Shown one piece after another: positions 43,701 to 53,126 of a DNA stretch of 64,000 nt (position 1 is its first letter; each line of letters begins with the position of its first letter). The notes beneath the pieces are model-generated. The model did no database searches. It had not been told where the DNA came from and saw only the letters and a list, made by a program, of their open reading frames with translations. Source of the stretch: Candidatus Aramenus sp. CH1. GTDB lineage: Archaea > Thermoproteota > Thermoprotei_A > Sulfolobales > Sulfolobaceae. Made by a program: the position numbers and the translations under genes. The DNA lies in assembly GCA_022678445.1 (NCBI GenBank), contig JALBWU010000008.1, positions 13,076 through 77,075 on the forward strand, written 5' to 3'.

Positions 43701-43928
43701 TATGCCCATGGGTGCAGGCTCGCCACGGTAGGAGGAGTACACGTTGACACCTCCTTGGAAGAACTTCCCGGCGAGGCTCGCGTTGGGCCTTGATGGGGGT
43801 AGGACTGGCAATGGTCTGGGGGTAACGTGAGGTGTGGCTCCCTGATGTGCCAAGCCAAGGGTAGTCGCACCCACGGTAAGCATTGACAGGATGAGAAGAA
43901 GGAGGACTACTACAGTATTTCTAACCAT
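40731..43928 (-). CDS. Thermopsin-family (peptidase A5) membrane-anchored protease with C-terminal repeats
   Basis: Signal peptide, EPAPMGIADYG, SFQLNVV, WIQDV, DAELVMGGPGGG, TGET motifs; repeated SPIPVYALVNGTNTTL..GWY; C-terminal TM. Confidence 0.9.
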   Translation of the reverse strand: MVRNTVVVLLLLILSMLTVGATTLGLAHQGATPHVTPRPLPVLPPSRPNASLAGKFFQGGVNVYSSYRGEPAPMGIADYGIGPNGPFIRTTSQFMGEVTIDQLKAFSSFATPCVSFQLNVVLNYQYADNTYALWIQDVAIYDSYNYTVWFLDNVWNFTSVNANVTSVVGNGEIQTFEGTEVYVYQPGLLPGNYVPLSLPASIYLLVNVSVNSLGQPVIYFWYNDGYGWINYDTVTVTNVQLASNVYFMVDGYQYTGNGHFYDAELVMGGPGGGSTAYLNSSQVFFSLSYWNGHNFQGIENAYNFGSDTGETVSDAVDTSYYYPFSGELVAGVTAGSGTLGSLWTSNQVSTLTVETGVQSGYVVVYNDTYQYSPNYEGQGIPFTGGSATLTLFPMDYAVLVYSAQGQLIGEANVALYGGEVTSTPVTQFSLSVPGAVTEITFTFSIPITVYAYGTVTLSVVTPNGVTYTLPGQVTVNGEATEYLDVTAPGPGTYDLTVVATLFPGFYVERTVEVLVSQPTAQVTLAYEVIGQPLPTSPTVTLQFPNGTIASYPMPISLVVPVGTTYSVQQIVGISQGIRWATPTAVEGVVNVSGSINVVYYEQYLVTFEFEVQGGQGYGDPSVIYTYFGMEAGATAPATVWVDCNSTYAYSQTLPGSNSQGRWVAYNYEGVVSSPGTISVFYNYEFNVTVNSPIPVYALVNGTNTTLKTGWYIIGTTIDVENLTYYASPVERYVIASVSPSEKVTVASPLILEVYAVMQYYVTVNSPIPVYALVNGTNVTLVTGWYNAGDAVKVENITYYPYAGAREVIVSISPQSFTVTSPEAVTVSVVPQYYINLITEVQVYALVNGTNTTFKAGWYNKGTTIVVENLTYYPSQGTRYVVVSVMPSEKITLEESVNLVVSSIKQYYVTVNSPIPVYALVNGTNTTLKTGWYDAGTEIQVENLTYYVSPQERYVPTSISPSTLKVNSSSSVDVTAVKQFLVTVNDVSSWYDQGSTVALNANVPIYEVGKFTGTDNVSVGATLVVNGPIHEQLVESPNYAFLGSVGVVVAVVAGATVALSRKKPGK
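41133..41872. repeat. Identical intragenic DNA repeats in thermopsin
   Basis: 77 bp identical at 41133-41209 and 41796-41872; 57 bp at 41602-41658 identical to 41161-41217. Confidence 0.9.
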
Positions 43929-44100
43929 AACAGTTATTTAAAGGAAAGCCCTCTATATGTGTTTCTCTTCCATCTACCTCCCCACGACGATGTAAGTAGG
44001 CACAACACGCGATAGTCTTTATTCTCGCGTCCTTAACACTATGATTAGAATTGAAAAGTTTAAGTTTTTTAGCCACTCTCGAAAATGTAAGTGATACCCT

Positions 44101-44568
44101 ATGCAGAAGACTTACTCTGGCAGGAACGTGAACTTGCAAGCTTTGGCACAGGAGATAAACAACCTCCTCCTCAGCGAAGGCTGGGAAAGCACCATGCAAC
44201 CCATGGCCCCTCCAATGGGGGGTATGCAGGACTTCCTCATAAGGGCGATAAAGAAGGGACACTTCCACCACGCGGAGCAGGTGATAGTAAGGGTGACGGG
44301 ATACCCCTACGACTTTAGGATAATAGTAGAGGAGGAGCACATAGGCCCCCTAGGCAGGGAGCTCGTAAACCACAGGCTATTTACCCAGATAGACAAGGAG
44401 ATAAACGACGGCCTCTTCGACCTCCCCTACCAAGCCACCCAGTACCAGCCAGCTCCCCAGTATCCCCAGCCTGCACAGCCACAGCAGGGGGTTAAGTGTC
44501 CCCAATGCGGTTTCGTTAACCCGCCCACATCCAAGTTCTGCGCCAACTGCGGTTACAGGCTAGCATGA
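44101..44568 (+). CDS. Hypothetical protein with P/Q-rich linker and C-terminal zinc ribbon
   Basis: YQPAPQYPQPAQPQQG then CPQCGFVNPPTSKFCANCG. Confidence 0.8.
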   Translation: MQKTYSGRNVNLQALAQEINNLLLSEGWESTMQPMAPPMGGMQDFLIRAIKKGHFHHAEQVIVRVTGYPYDFRIIVEEEHIGPLGRELVNHRLFTQIDKEINDGLFDLPYQATQYQPAPQYPQPAQPQQGVKCPQCGFVNPPTSKFCANCGYRLA

Positions 44569-44904
44569 CGCAATAAGTTCCTCATTTTCTTCAATTTAAT
44601 GCTCATAAGGATAGGTTGAGAGCAAAGTCATAACAAGGAAGATGAAATTACTAGATACTGTAGAGAAGCGGAGGTCGCAGGTCAATTGATAGTCTATTCC
44701 ATGAGGTTCCGCGCGGAGCCCGACGACGTAATAGTTTCAGCATTCACCTAGGAGTCAGCTAGGCAGATCCTAGTCTGGATGATCAAGAGCTACGCCCACC
44801 TAATGGAGGACCAGAGGACTTATAAGCTTGTGAGGATGAGCGTGGTCAAGGACGAAGAAGAAATGAATATGAATAAATAAAAGATATCTCGAATATACTT
44901 AACC

Positions 44905-45309
44905 GTGGACGAGAAAGCAGTAAACGGCATCGTTGAGACGTTCATGGTCGCTGGGATCAAGGTCAGAGGAGTGAAAAAGACCGAGACTGGATTTAAGCTC
45001 TATATCGACGAGAACTCCCACGTGGAGCTCTTAGGAAATAGGCTGAACTTTTACGTGATGCGTCGGATCCCCTGCTACTCTGTGGAGTCTATTGTTGCAT
45101 CCATAAAGAGGGTTAAGAACATGAAGGAGGCTGCCCCCTTTTCTCACTTGAACCCCATGTTTGGCCTCTACTTCGTGGAGGATAAGTGCTACGCCCTGGT
45201 GGCCACAAGCGTCAGTATAGGCATACTCTCCGAGTTATCGGAGAGGCTTATCTCCACTTATAGGGAGCTCGTCAGAGCTATATCTGTACTTTTCAAGCTA
45301 ACCGACTAA
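44905..45309 (+). CDS. Hypothetical protein
   Basis: 134-aa ORF with plausible composition; no motif recognised. Confidence 0.55.
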   Translation: MDEKAVNGIVETFMVAGIKVRGVKKTETGFKLYIDENSHVELLGNRLNFYVMRRIPCYSVESIVASIKRVKNMKEAAPFSHLNPMFGLYFVEDKCYALVATSVSIGILSELSERLISTYRELVRAISVLFKLTD

Positions 45310-45524
45310 CTTGACATCCTCCCCCTGTACCTCAGGAAGAGCTTAACCGCGTGAGGACAGAGATCTGAACCGCACTCGCATGAGGAGGAAACCAGCCTCC
45401 CTCCTCTCACTCTTATCTCTACGTGGTAATAGCCAACTGCACACCTAGCAGGTACCTCGCCCTTGACTACTACCTCTTCACCCTCTTTACTTACCGACTC
45501 CACTAAGACGTCCAACTCCACCAC
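45306..45524 (-). CDS. SWIM zinc-finger protein
   Basis: SSSCECGSDLCPH (CxC..CxH) preceded by YHVEI. Confidence 0.75.
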   Translation of the reverse strand: MVELDVLVESVSKEGEEVVVKGEVPARCAVGYYHVEIRVRGGRLVSSSCECGSDLCPHAVKLFLRYRGRMSS

Positions 45525-45530
45525 CAGGAG

Positions 45531-45821
45531 TCAGTAAAAGCTCTCCTCTACAGAGGTGAGTATATCCTTCACTTTCTTGTTTCGCGACTCCATCTTCAAG
45601 ATTGCTATTGAGATCAAGGTGAACCCCAGCTCCGAGTAGACCTCCAACAGGGAGGCGTTTCCCTTAGCTAGCTTCTTTAGGAAATACCTCATCTCGTCCC
45701 TCACCGCCAGCAGGTCCTTCTTCACTTCTCCCTTCTCTAGTAGGGCTGCGACACTGAGGTTGTACACAGCCTGCTTCACAAGGCGTTTCAGCTGGTTTAT
45801 ACTAAGCTGTTCAATCTGCAT
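45531..45821 (-). CDS. Hypothetical helical protein
   Basis: 96-aa ORF co-oriented 6 nt upstream of the SWIM gene. Confidence 0.6.
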   Translation of the reverse strand: MQIEQLSINQLKRLVKQAVYNLSVAALLEKGEVKKDLLAVRDEMRYFLKKLAKGNASLLEVYSELGFTLISIAILKMESRNKKVKDILTSVEESFY

Positions 45822-46037
45822 GTTTCCAATGATTATATTGGTCGAACTAGTTAATAACGTTACTTAAAGCCGGGTTAATATTTCTCCCTTGAGTTTTACT
45901 TCGGTCATATCCTCTTGACTGAAAACTTTGTACACACTATAGATATATTGGAGGCTTTATTAATCGAAAGATGATTTTATTGATCAAAATAAGAAACTTG
46001 ATTAAAGTATTTTAACTTGTTTTTCCTTTTTTAATTT

Positions 46038-46409
46038 ATGCAATCTCCACTCCCAGACTTGATACAAGTGAGTAGACTAAACGACAAGGAAAGGGAAGAA
46101 GTCATGTCAAAGCTGTTCTCCCAGCTCATGTCCATGGACGAGAGGCAAAAGGTTGAGGCAATGAGGGAGATGATAAAGTACATGGCTGAGAAGGCCACAG
46201 ACGAGGAATACTTAAACTTGTGCAGGACTAACATAAAGCTGGCCTCAGGCCTGCAAGACAACGTGCTCTCAAGTTTCCTAAAGGTGAGAATGCAGGCAGT
46301 ATCTCAACTGCCAAAGGAGCTCAGGGACAGGGATCAAAGGCTCCTAGCCACCGCGTTACAAAGCCTAGACGAGAAGACCAGGGAAAAGATGATGAAGGCT
46401 ATGAAGTGA
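46038..46409 (+). CDS. Hypothetical all-helical protein
   Basis: 123 aa, Met/Glu/Lys-rich, preceded by an AT-rich promoter region. Confidence 0.7.
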   Translation: MQSPLPDLIQVSRLNDKEREEVMSKLFSQLMSMDERQKVEAMREMIKYMAEKATDEEYLNLCRTNIKLASGLQDNVLSSFLKVRMQAVSQLPKELRDRDQRLLATALQSLDEKTREKMMKAMK

Positions 46410-47283
46410 CTCCATACTTGTCTAGAAGGTATAAGTACTCCTTTTTCAGCTCCCTCACCTCCCTTGTTATCCCCTCCACCTCTTCCTGGGTAAGGGGGAA
46501 GATAGGGGGCCTCGGGTAGCCCACGTCATACCCTTGGAGTTCCTTGACTAGGACGTAGTGGGAGGCCATCATACCATACTTCCTGGCTAGGTCTAGGAAC
46601 CTGTAGAAAGTCTCTTGGACCTGGAATGCCTCTCCCACCTTCCCCTGAGATACCAGCCTCTTCTGGAGGACAAGGAGCTCCGGCATGTAGTTACCACCAG
46701 CAGTTACGGTTCCGTCGAGGAAAGTTAGGGACTGGACAGTGAGGTAGTCGCTACCGTTGTACACCTTGAGGTTGGGGAACCTCTTGTAGCGTAGGGAATG
46801 GACGAAGTCATCGTTTGTGTCCTTTATTCCAGTGACCCCTCCTATCTCCTCGATTAGCTGAGGAGTGACGTCGAAGTTGGTAGCGTGAGGGTAATTGTAG
46901 ATATACACGGGGTGTGGGGACTTCTCTACTATTGCTTTAAAGTACTTTACCACCCACTTGCTGGGTAACCCGGGGTAGTAGTAGGGCGAATAGGAGGCGA
47001 CGCCAAGGACGGAGAAGTCCTTTGAGAAGGAGAGCAGGGAGAGGACCTCGTCCAAGTTTAGGCCACCGAGCTGGAATATTACCTTGTCTGTGACATCGTA
47101 TACGGCCTTGAGGGCCTCCTTCTTCTCCTCGGCAGAGATGGAGGGGCCCATCCCTGTGGTCCCGTTGAGAAAGATCGCGTCAATCCCCTTCTCAATTAGG
47201 TTTTCCGCGTGCTCCTTTAGCTTCGCTCTGTCGAGCGCGTTGTCCCGGGTGAACGGAGTAACGATAGGGACTATTACCTCCAT
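46399..47283 (-). CDS. 2-keto-3-deoxygluconate aldolase-like (DHDPS/NAL family)
   Basis: PIVTPFT, NGTTGMG, IYNYPHAT, GIKDT; strongly resembles Sulfolobus KD(P)G aldolase. Confidence 0.85.
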   Translation of the reverse strand: MEVIVPIVTPFTRDNALDRAKLKEHAENLIEKGIDAIFLNGTTGMGPSISAEEKKEALKAVYDVTDKVIFQLGGLNLDEVLSLLSFSKDFSVLGVASYSPYYYPGLPSKWVVKYFKAIVEKSPHPVYIYNYPHATNFDVTPQLIEEIGGVTGIKDTNDDFVHSLRYKRFPNLKVYNGSDYLTVQSLTFLDGTVTAGGNYMPELLVLQKRLVSQGKVGEAFQVQETFYRFLDLARKYGMMASHYVLVKELQGYDVGYPRPPIFPLTQEEVEGITREVRELKKEYLYLLDKYGVTS

Positions 47284-47971
47284 ATTGGTATCTCGACTCC
47301 GGGGGTTTTATTTAGTAGTGGTCTGAGGGCGCGGGTCTAGGATTGGTAGCGTACAGAGAGGGAACTGGGTAACTTAAATGGGTAGTCTGCCAGCGCATGG
47401 CTCAGGTTACCTGGCTTAGTTGGTACGAGGTGAGGCGTAAGTAGAATAAGGACGACCGGGAGGAGCTTGGAATGAGTGAAGGTTTACCTGACGTTACCGT
47501 CAAGGACGTATGGGGTTGTCGCGATTTAGGGGAGGACGGCTCAACTTAAGGACCCCTAACTCTCAATCCCGGTAAGGGGAACCGCGAAGAGTGTAGGCTT
47601 CTGCGTCTCTTTGCTGCACAGACCGCCAATATAGTCCAGACCTACTGAATGCCTGCTGTTTAGGTATAAACTATTTTTACGAATTCCATGTCTTGGTTTT
47701 AGGACAATGACGTCATTCATAATCTTTACAAAATAATTAGAAATAATCCATTGCAATAAAGGTCGAACCCTTAGTAAACCCCCGTGGAATCCTGGTCTCG
47801 ACGGAAGAAGGAATTCCCATGTCCTTATAGCTTGGACACGCGAAAAGGGATCCGCGGGAAAATCAAAGCCAATTCCTCTCCTTTTTCCCGCTCTTCCCCA
47901 CAGTCTACTAGCTTGGTGCTCTGCTTATCCTCCAAGATAAACGTATAGCTTTGGAATCCCACTTTCTACCA

Positions 47972-49348
47972 ATGAAAGTCCTCATAGTGAGGTACAGCGA
48001 GGTGGGCATAAAGGGTGCTCCCACCAGGAGGAAGATGGAGAGACTCCTGATCAACAACCTCCTGGCGTCCGCGAAGAGAAAGGGGTGCGGTAAGGTAGGG
48101 GTAGTCCACGGCGAGGGAAGGATATTCCTTTACGGCAACGTAGACTGTCTGGCCAAGTCCTCTACCAAGGTCTTCGGCGTCAAGTCCGTGAGCCCGGCAG
48201 AAGAGCTTGAGTTCGCCTCCCTCGACCAGATTGCCGAGAAAGCCGAGGAGCTTTGGAGGGAGGAGGTAAAGGGGAGGTCGTTCGCGGTGAGGGTTAGGAG
48301 GGTGGGCCAGCACCCCTTCTCCTCCTCCGACGTTGCTGACGCAGTAGGTAGCAAGCTGGTGAAGTACGGCAGAGTAAACTTGGACAGCCCAGAGGTGGAG
48401 GTTCACGTGGAGGTGAGGGAGGACAAGGCCTACTTTTACGATCAAGTGTTGGAGGGCCCAGGCGGCCTCCCCCTAGGCTCTGAGGGGAGGGTGTTCGCTC
48501 TGTTCTCCGGTGGTATAGACTCCCCAGTGGCCTCGTGGATGGTAATGAAAAGGGGAGCCTACGTCGACTTCCTCTACTGCAATCTGGGAAGCGAGGTAAC
48601 AAAGAACGCAGTTCTCGGCGTGGCGAGGAAGCTCGTCGAGTGGAGTGTTGGCTACACACCCAAGTTCTTCCTTGCCGAGTGTAGCAGAATAACCAAGGGG
48701 ATCATGACGGGGCTAGACAAGAGGCTCTGGCCCATAGCCTTCAAGAGGGCCCTCTACCTTTTGGCTGACAAGCTGGGCACCTCCAAGGGCTACGGCGGGA
48801 TAGTCACTGGCGAGTCCCTAGGGCAGGTCTCCACCCAGACTCTCTCGGCCCTCAAGGTGCTCAACAGGGGGATCTTGCTCCCCATCTTGAGGCCCTTGTT
48901 GGGCTTCGACAAGGACGAGATTGTGAAAATGGCGAGATATATAGGAACTTACGAGTACTCGAGCAAGATACCAGAGTTCTGCTCCGTTTTCTCCTTTCAC
49001 CCAAAGACCAAGTTCACCTACCACGTTATAGAGGAGGTAGATAAGGTTGTCTCGAGCGCAGTTGAGGAGGTGCTGGGATCGGTCAAGGAGGTGAAGTTAT
49101 ATGGAGAGCAAGAAGAGCCCGACCTCCAAGGCCTTAAGGTTGATGTTTTCCCGGAGGGGGCAGTGCTGGTGGACTTGACCGGGAAGGCTGAGAACGCGGT
49201 GAGGCTAACCCCTAGGCAGGTGATGGAGTTCGTCTTCAAGAACGGCCCCGATAAGACCTACGTCTTCCTCACTGGAGGTGACAAGTTTAACGTGGACTTG
49301 GTGAGGTCGCTGAGGAAGATGGGGGTAAAAGCCTTCGTCCTCAGCTGA
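47972..49348 (+). CDS. thiI: tRNA sulfurtransferase ThiI (THUMP plus PP-loop) with C-terminal extension
   Basis: YSEVGIKG, GPGGLPLGSEG, LFSGGIDSPVA, GESLGQVSTQT, PEFC. Confidence 0.9.
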   Translation: MKVLIVRYSEVGIKGAPTRRKMERLLINNLLASAKRKGCGKVGVVHGEGRIFLYGNVDCLAKSSTKVFGVKSVSPAEELEFASLDQIAEKAEELWREEVKGRSFAVRVRRVGQHPFSSSDVADAVGSKLVKYGRVNLDSPEVEVHVEVREDKAYFYDQVLEGPGGLPLGSEGRVFALFSGGIDSPVASWMVMKRGAYVDFLYCNLGSEVTKNAVLGVARKLVEWSVGYTPKFFLAECSRITKGIMTGLDKRLWPIAFKRALYLLADKLGTSKGYGGIVTGESLGQVSTQTLSALKVLNRGILLPILRPLLGFDKDEIVKMARYIGTYEYSSKIPEFCSVFSFHPKTKFTYHVIEEVDKVVSSAVEEVLGSVKEVKLYGEQEEPDLQGLKVDVFPEGAVLVDLTGKAENAVRLTPRQVMEFVFKNGPDKTYVFLTGGDKFNVDLVRSLRKMGVKAFVLS

Positions 49349-50747
49349 GGTACTTGACCATGTAGGAGCCCTCTTTGGCGTATCCCTTTTTCCTGTAGTA
49401 CTCCCTCGCCCCAATCCCCGAGAGCACAGCGATTTTCTTGACGCCTAGCTCCTCTCTGGAGATCCTTTCAGCCTCCTCTAGGAGCCTGGAGCCGTACCCC
49501 TTGTGCTGGAAGGCGAAGTCATCTTTCGCGCCCACTGGCACCTCTGGGCCGTAGACGTGGAGCTCCCTCACTACAGTGGCCCCCTTAAGCTCCTCCCTGT
49601 GTGGAAAGCCGGGTAGCCTCAACCTCAAGTAACCCACTAGGACTCCCTTGTCGTCCTCGAAGGAGAGGAAGAACTCAGTACCTCCACTGGCCTCGTACTC
49701 CTCCCTCTTCAGCGTGGGGTTTGAGGGAAGGAGCCCCCTGTGCAACCAAGATATCCCGGCCTCCCTGTACCTTATCTCCTGAATCTTGATCCCCCTCCTC
49801 TTTACCTCCTCCTCCACCAGCTCCCTCAAGTTCCCCTTCCTGTTCCCTGCCAGGATCACGTTTGCCGGAATGTCCCTCTGCACCCTCATTATCCTAACCC
49901 ACCTAGGTATGTACTTGTAGGCCTCAGCGATGAGCTCCACCACGGTCTCCGTGTCGTATGGCTTGTACTTCCCCCTCCTCCAGAGCTCCACAAGGGGGGC
50001 AGTCTCCACCACAAGGGTGGGGTAGATCTTGAGCATGTCTGGCCTAAAGTGCGGGTTCCCGAAGATCTCCTTGATCGCCTCCAAGTCCTTATCAGGGTCA
50101 GAGCCTGGAAGGCCAAGCATCACGTGGTATGTGACCTTGAATCCAGAGTCCTTTAGCACCTTAGTAGACTCTATGGAGTCCTTAACCGTGTGGCCCCTGT
50201 TACTGAGCTTGAGCACCTCGTCGTAGACCGTCTGGACTCCTAGCTCCACCCTGGTGACCCCTAGCCTCAGCATCTGGTCCGCGTGCCACTCCTTTCCCCA
50301 GTCCGGCTTGGTCTCCACCGTGATCCCAACGCACCTAACCTTCGCCGTCTCGTTCCTCTCTTGTGCCTCATCCAAGTAGACGAACTCCCTCTCCTTCCTC
50401 TTTGGGAAGGAGTTCATGGCCTCAAGGGCGTTGGCTATTAACCATTCCTGGTAATCCAAGGGGGTTGACAGGAAGGTCCCTCCCATGACTATCAGCTCAA
50501 CCTTGCTAGGCTCGTGGCCGTTGACCACGTACTGGAGTAGCCTCGACCTCACTTGGTTGTAGGGGTCGTAGTCGTTCTCCAACGCCCTCATCAGAGTAGG
50601 CTCCCTGCCGTAGTAGCTCTGGGGTGTATTGTACTCAACTCCCCCGGGGCAGAAGACGCACTTGCCATGGGGACATCTGTGGGGGTGGGTCATGACAGAG
50701 ACAACTGACACCCCTGACAGCATTCTCACTGGTTTCTTGACCTGCAT
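49341..50747 (-). CDS. elp3: Elp3 radical-SAM/KAT tRNA U34 carboxymethyltransferase
   Basis: CPHGKCVFCPGG, ELGVQT, KIYPTLV, RELHVYG, QHKGYG. Confidence 0.93.
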   Translation of the reverse strand: MQVKKPVRMLSGVSVVSVMTHPHRCPHGKCVFCPGGVEYNTPQSYYGREPTLMRALENDYDPYNQVRSRLLQYVVNGHEPSKVELIVMGGTFLSTPLDYQEWLIANALEAMNSFPKRKEREFVYLDEAQERNETAKVRCVGITVETKPDWGKEWHADQMLRLGVTRVELGVQTVYDEVLKLSNRGHTVKDSIESTKVLKDSGFKVTYHVMLGLPGSDPDKDLEAIKEIFGNPHFRPDMLKIYPTLVVETAPLVELWRRGKYKPYDTETVVELIAEAYKYIPRWVRIMRVQRDIPANVILAGNRKGNLRELVEEEVKRRGIKIQEIRYREAGISWLHRGLLPSNPTLKREEYEASGGTEFFLSFEDDKGVLVGYLRLRLPGFPHREELKGATVVRELHVYGPEVPVGAKDDFAFQHKGYGSRLLEEAERISREELGVKKIAVLSGIGAREYYRKKGYAKEGSYMVKYLS

Positions 50748-50804
50748 TGACGAAAAGTAGGGATTTAACGGAAAAAAGGGTTTTCTATTTACTTGGGCCC
50801 CGCT

Positions 50805-51116
50805 TTACCTCCACGCCCTCCTCTTAGACCTCTTGCCTTGGGCCTTGTACTCAGGGTAGCTGGGCACGGTCTTGATGGCGTTGTACTCCCTGACCCTAGC
50901 CAAAGCCTCCTTGGCGGAGGTAACGCCCTTCAGCATCTCCGCTAGTCCCCTCTCGCCTATATAGTTCAGCCACGCCACTATGTGCCCCTCCTTTAGGTGC
51001 CACTCGACGCATGCTGAGTCCTCCTTGGAGAGCCTCTCTAGCTCCCTCTCGAGCTCCTTTACGTCGCCTGCCTTGCCCACCACTCTCTCATAGGACTTGA
51101 AGTAGAACGGCTCCAT
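50805..51116 (-). CDS. Hypothetical protein (DUF5752-like)
   Basis: EPFYFKSY..WHLKEGHIVAWL pattern. Confidence 0.6.
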   Translation of the reverse strand: MEPFYFKSYERVVGKAGDVKELERELERLSKEDSACVEWHLKEGHIVAWLNYIGERGLAEMLKGVTSAKEALARVREYNAIKTVPSYPEYKAQGKRSKRRAWR

Positions 51117-51150
51117 AGAACAAGGCTTTCTCTGGAGGCTTTTTAAGGCT

Positions 51151-52494
51151 CTAGGATCCTTGTTTGTTCTGCTCCGACTCCCAGACCTCTAGGGGCTTGC
51201 CCTTTACCTCTGGGATGAATAGTATTGTTATTACACTTGATAATAACGCAATTCCGGAGAAAATTCCGACCATCAAGCCTAGGCCCAAGCTACTGACGAG
51301 CTCAGGGAAGGCTGATATGTTGAGGGCAGCGGCTAGTCTGTCCACTCCCACGGTGATGGACTGGCCGGTACCTCTGACCTTGGTGGGCACTAGCTCAGGG
51401 GTTACCATCGCAGACCCAATTATAGACGCAGGGCCCATTGCAGAGAAGAGGTAGTTGAGGAGGTAGAAGGTGAACCCCAGCTCCGCCCCAAACCCTGCTA
51501 GCTCGCCATTGTACAGCGAGACGCCGAACAGCCCGGGCTTCAGCAGGAGGAGGGCGTACATGAAGAGCCATAGAGAGACTCCCGCGTAGCCTGTTACTAT
51601 CAAAGGCCTTCTGCCTATCCTGTCTATCAAAGCTATGCATATGAGCTGTCCTGGTATCCCAGCCAGGAACTGGGCTACGTAGGTGAAGGCTATGGGGCTG
51701 AGCCCTAGGTTCTGGGCTATGGTTATGGGACCATAAATGGCGAATGTGGAGGAGTAGATGTCGTAGAGCAACCAGAGCACAGCAGACGCGACGATGAAGG
51801 CCATGGAAGAGGCTAGCCTCTTGGCGAAGGGCAACGTGTCTCTCTCAACCTTCACAGGCTGCCCGAGCTCCCTCTCAACCTTCCTGAGCTCTCCCTTCAC
51901 AGGCTTCACTCTAGAGAGAAACATCAAGGTCTCGTAGATCTTCCTCCTCAGGGCGACCACCGACAGTGCAGGGACCGCCCCAAATCCCAACACTAGCCTC
52001 CAAATGACGTCGTATGGAAGGTGGACCATCAGCACTACCTGCTCCACGAAGGCCGCGAGGACTGCCCCGAGGCCCCACATAACGGCAAAGGTTATGACCA
52101 TCATCTTCCCCCTGCTCTTTGCAGGAGCGTTCTCGGCAACTATTACCGGCGAGAGGACGTAGTCTGCGCCTATCCCCATGCCCAAGATCAGCCTAGAGAC
52201 GAGGAGCTCCGGGAAGTTCTGGGAAAAGGCCTGTGCGATTGCACCAATCCCCATTAAGGTCACGTCTATGCCGTAGAGCTTCTTCCTCCCCAGCTTGTCT
52301 GCCAGGAAACCAAAGGCTATTGCGGCTACTGCAGCCCCGTAGTAGCTCCCAGCTATCATTACGCCGAGCTCCAGTTTGCTCAGCGATAAGGAGAGGACAA
52401 TGAAGTAGGAAGCGAGGGAAATGGAGTAGAGGTTGTAGCCATCGGTGAAGACGCCCATCCCTGAAACGATGACGTTCTTCCAGCCGTAATTCAT
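51151..52494 (-). CDS. MFS transporter (sugar porter or phosphate:H+ symporter-like)
   Basis: [42 protein letters not shown]. Confidence 0.88.
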   Translation of the reverse strand: MNYGWKNVIVSGMGVFTDGYNLYSISLASYFIVLSLSLSKLELGVMIAGSYYGAAVAAIAFGFLADKLGRKKLYGIDVTLMGIGAIAQAFSQNFPELLVSRLILGMGIGADYVLSPVIVAENAPAKSRGKMMVITFAVMWGLGAVLAAFVEQVVLMVHLPYDVIWRLVLGFGAVPALSVVALRRKIYETLMFLSRVKPVKGELRKVERELGQPVKVERDTLPFAKRLASSMAFIVASAVLWLLYDIYSSTFAIYGPITIAQNLGLSPIAFTYVAQFLAGIPGQLICIALIDRIGRRPLIVTGYAGVSLWLFMYALLLLKPGLFGVSLYNGELAGFGAELGFTFYLLNYLFSAMGPASIIGSAMVTPELVPTKVRGTGQSITVGVDRLAAALNISAFPELVSSLGLGLMVGIFSGIALLSSVITILFIPEVKGKPLEVWESEQNKQGS

Positions 52495-52515
52495 ATGATT
52501 AGTAAATACTCATAG

Positions 52516-53091
52516 TTAATAAAACTGAATCCTTACCCACTTAACTATTATCTCCTTGATCTCCTTGAACGCGTGGGCTGGAGGGGAGTGCCTCATCTCC
52601 AGGAGGTGGAGCTCGCAGTCTCCCCCGTTCTCCTTTACCCTCTCGCATAGCTCAACGCTGTGCGAGGGGAGTACTACCTCGTCGTTCTTGCCGTGGATGA
52701 GCAGAACCTTCTTGAGCTTGTCGGCGTAATTTATTGGCGAGTACTTCACTAGTTCCTCCCTAGGTACCTTGCTCAAGTCTAGGTAGGTTCTGTGCTGTAG
52801 CGTGCCCTCGGGGAAAGTAGAGAGGTACTCGAGCTGTTTCACCCGGTCAGTGGGGGCGGAGACTGCTATCACCGGCTTGCCCTTGAGGGCGCCCACGACC
52901 AAGGCTATGGTTCCTCCCCTTGAGTGCCCCGCTATCAAGTCGAAGGAGAGGCTTGACGCCCTCTCAACCCCCTCCCCCACCTCGTAGTCGAAGGGCGGTA
53001 CCAAGACCTGCCCGAACTCCTTGAGGGGGTCACTTAACCACGTCACCTTGTTCGGGGATGAGCCCTTACCGTGGAGTACTAGGGAGATCAT
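52516..53091 (-). CDS. Alpha/beta hydrolase
   Basis: LHGKGS, GHSRGG nucleophile, HGKNDEVV, RH. Confidence 0.85.
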   Translation of the reverse strand: MISLVLHGKGSSPNKVTWLSDPLKEFGQVLVPPFDYEVGEGVERASSLSFDLIAGHSRGGTIALVVGALKGKPVIAVSAPTDRVKQLEYLSTFPEGTLQHRTYLDLSKVPREELVKYSPINYADKLKKVLLIHGKNDEVVLPSHSVELCERVKENGGDCELHLLEMRHSPPAHAFKEIKEIIVKWVRIQFY

Positions 53092-53126
53092 AAAGTCAAA
53101 AAGCGGGATGGAGGTAAATATTTGTT

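Noticed and set aside
47755-47800. GGGTTCGA on the minus strand resembling a tRNA T-loop
   Set aside because: No cloverleaf stems could be formed around it
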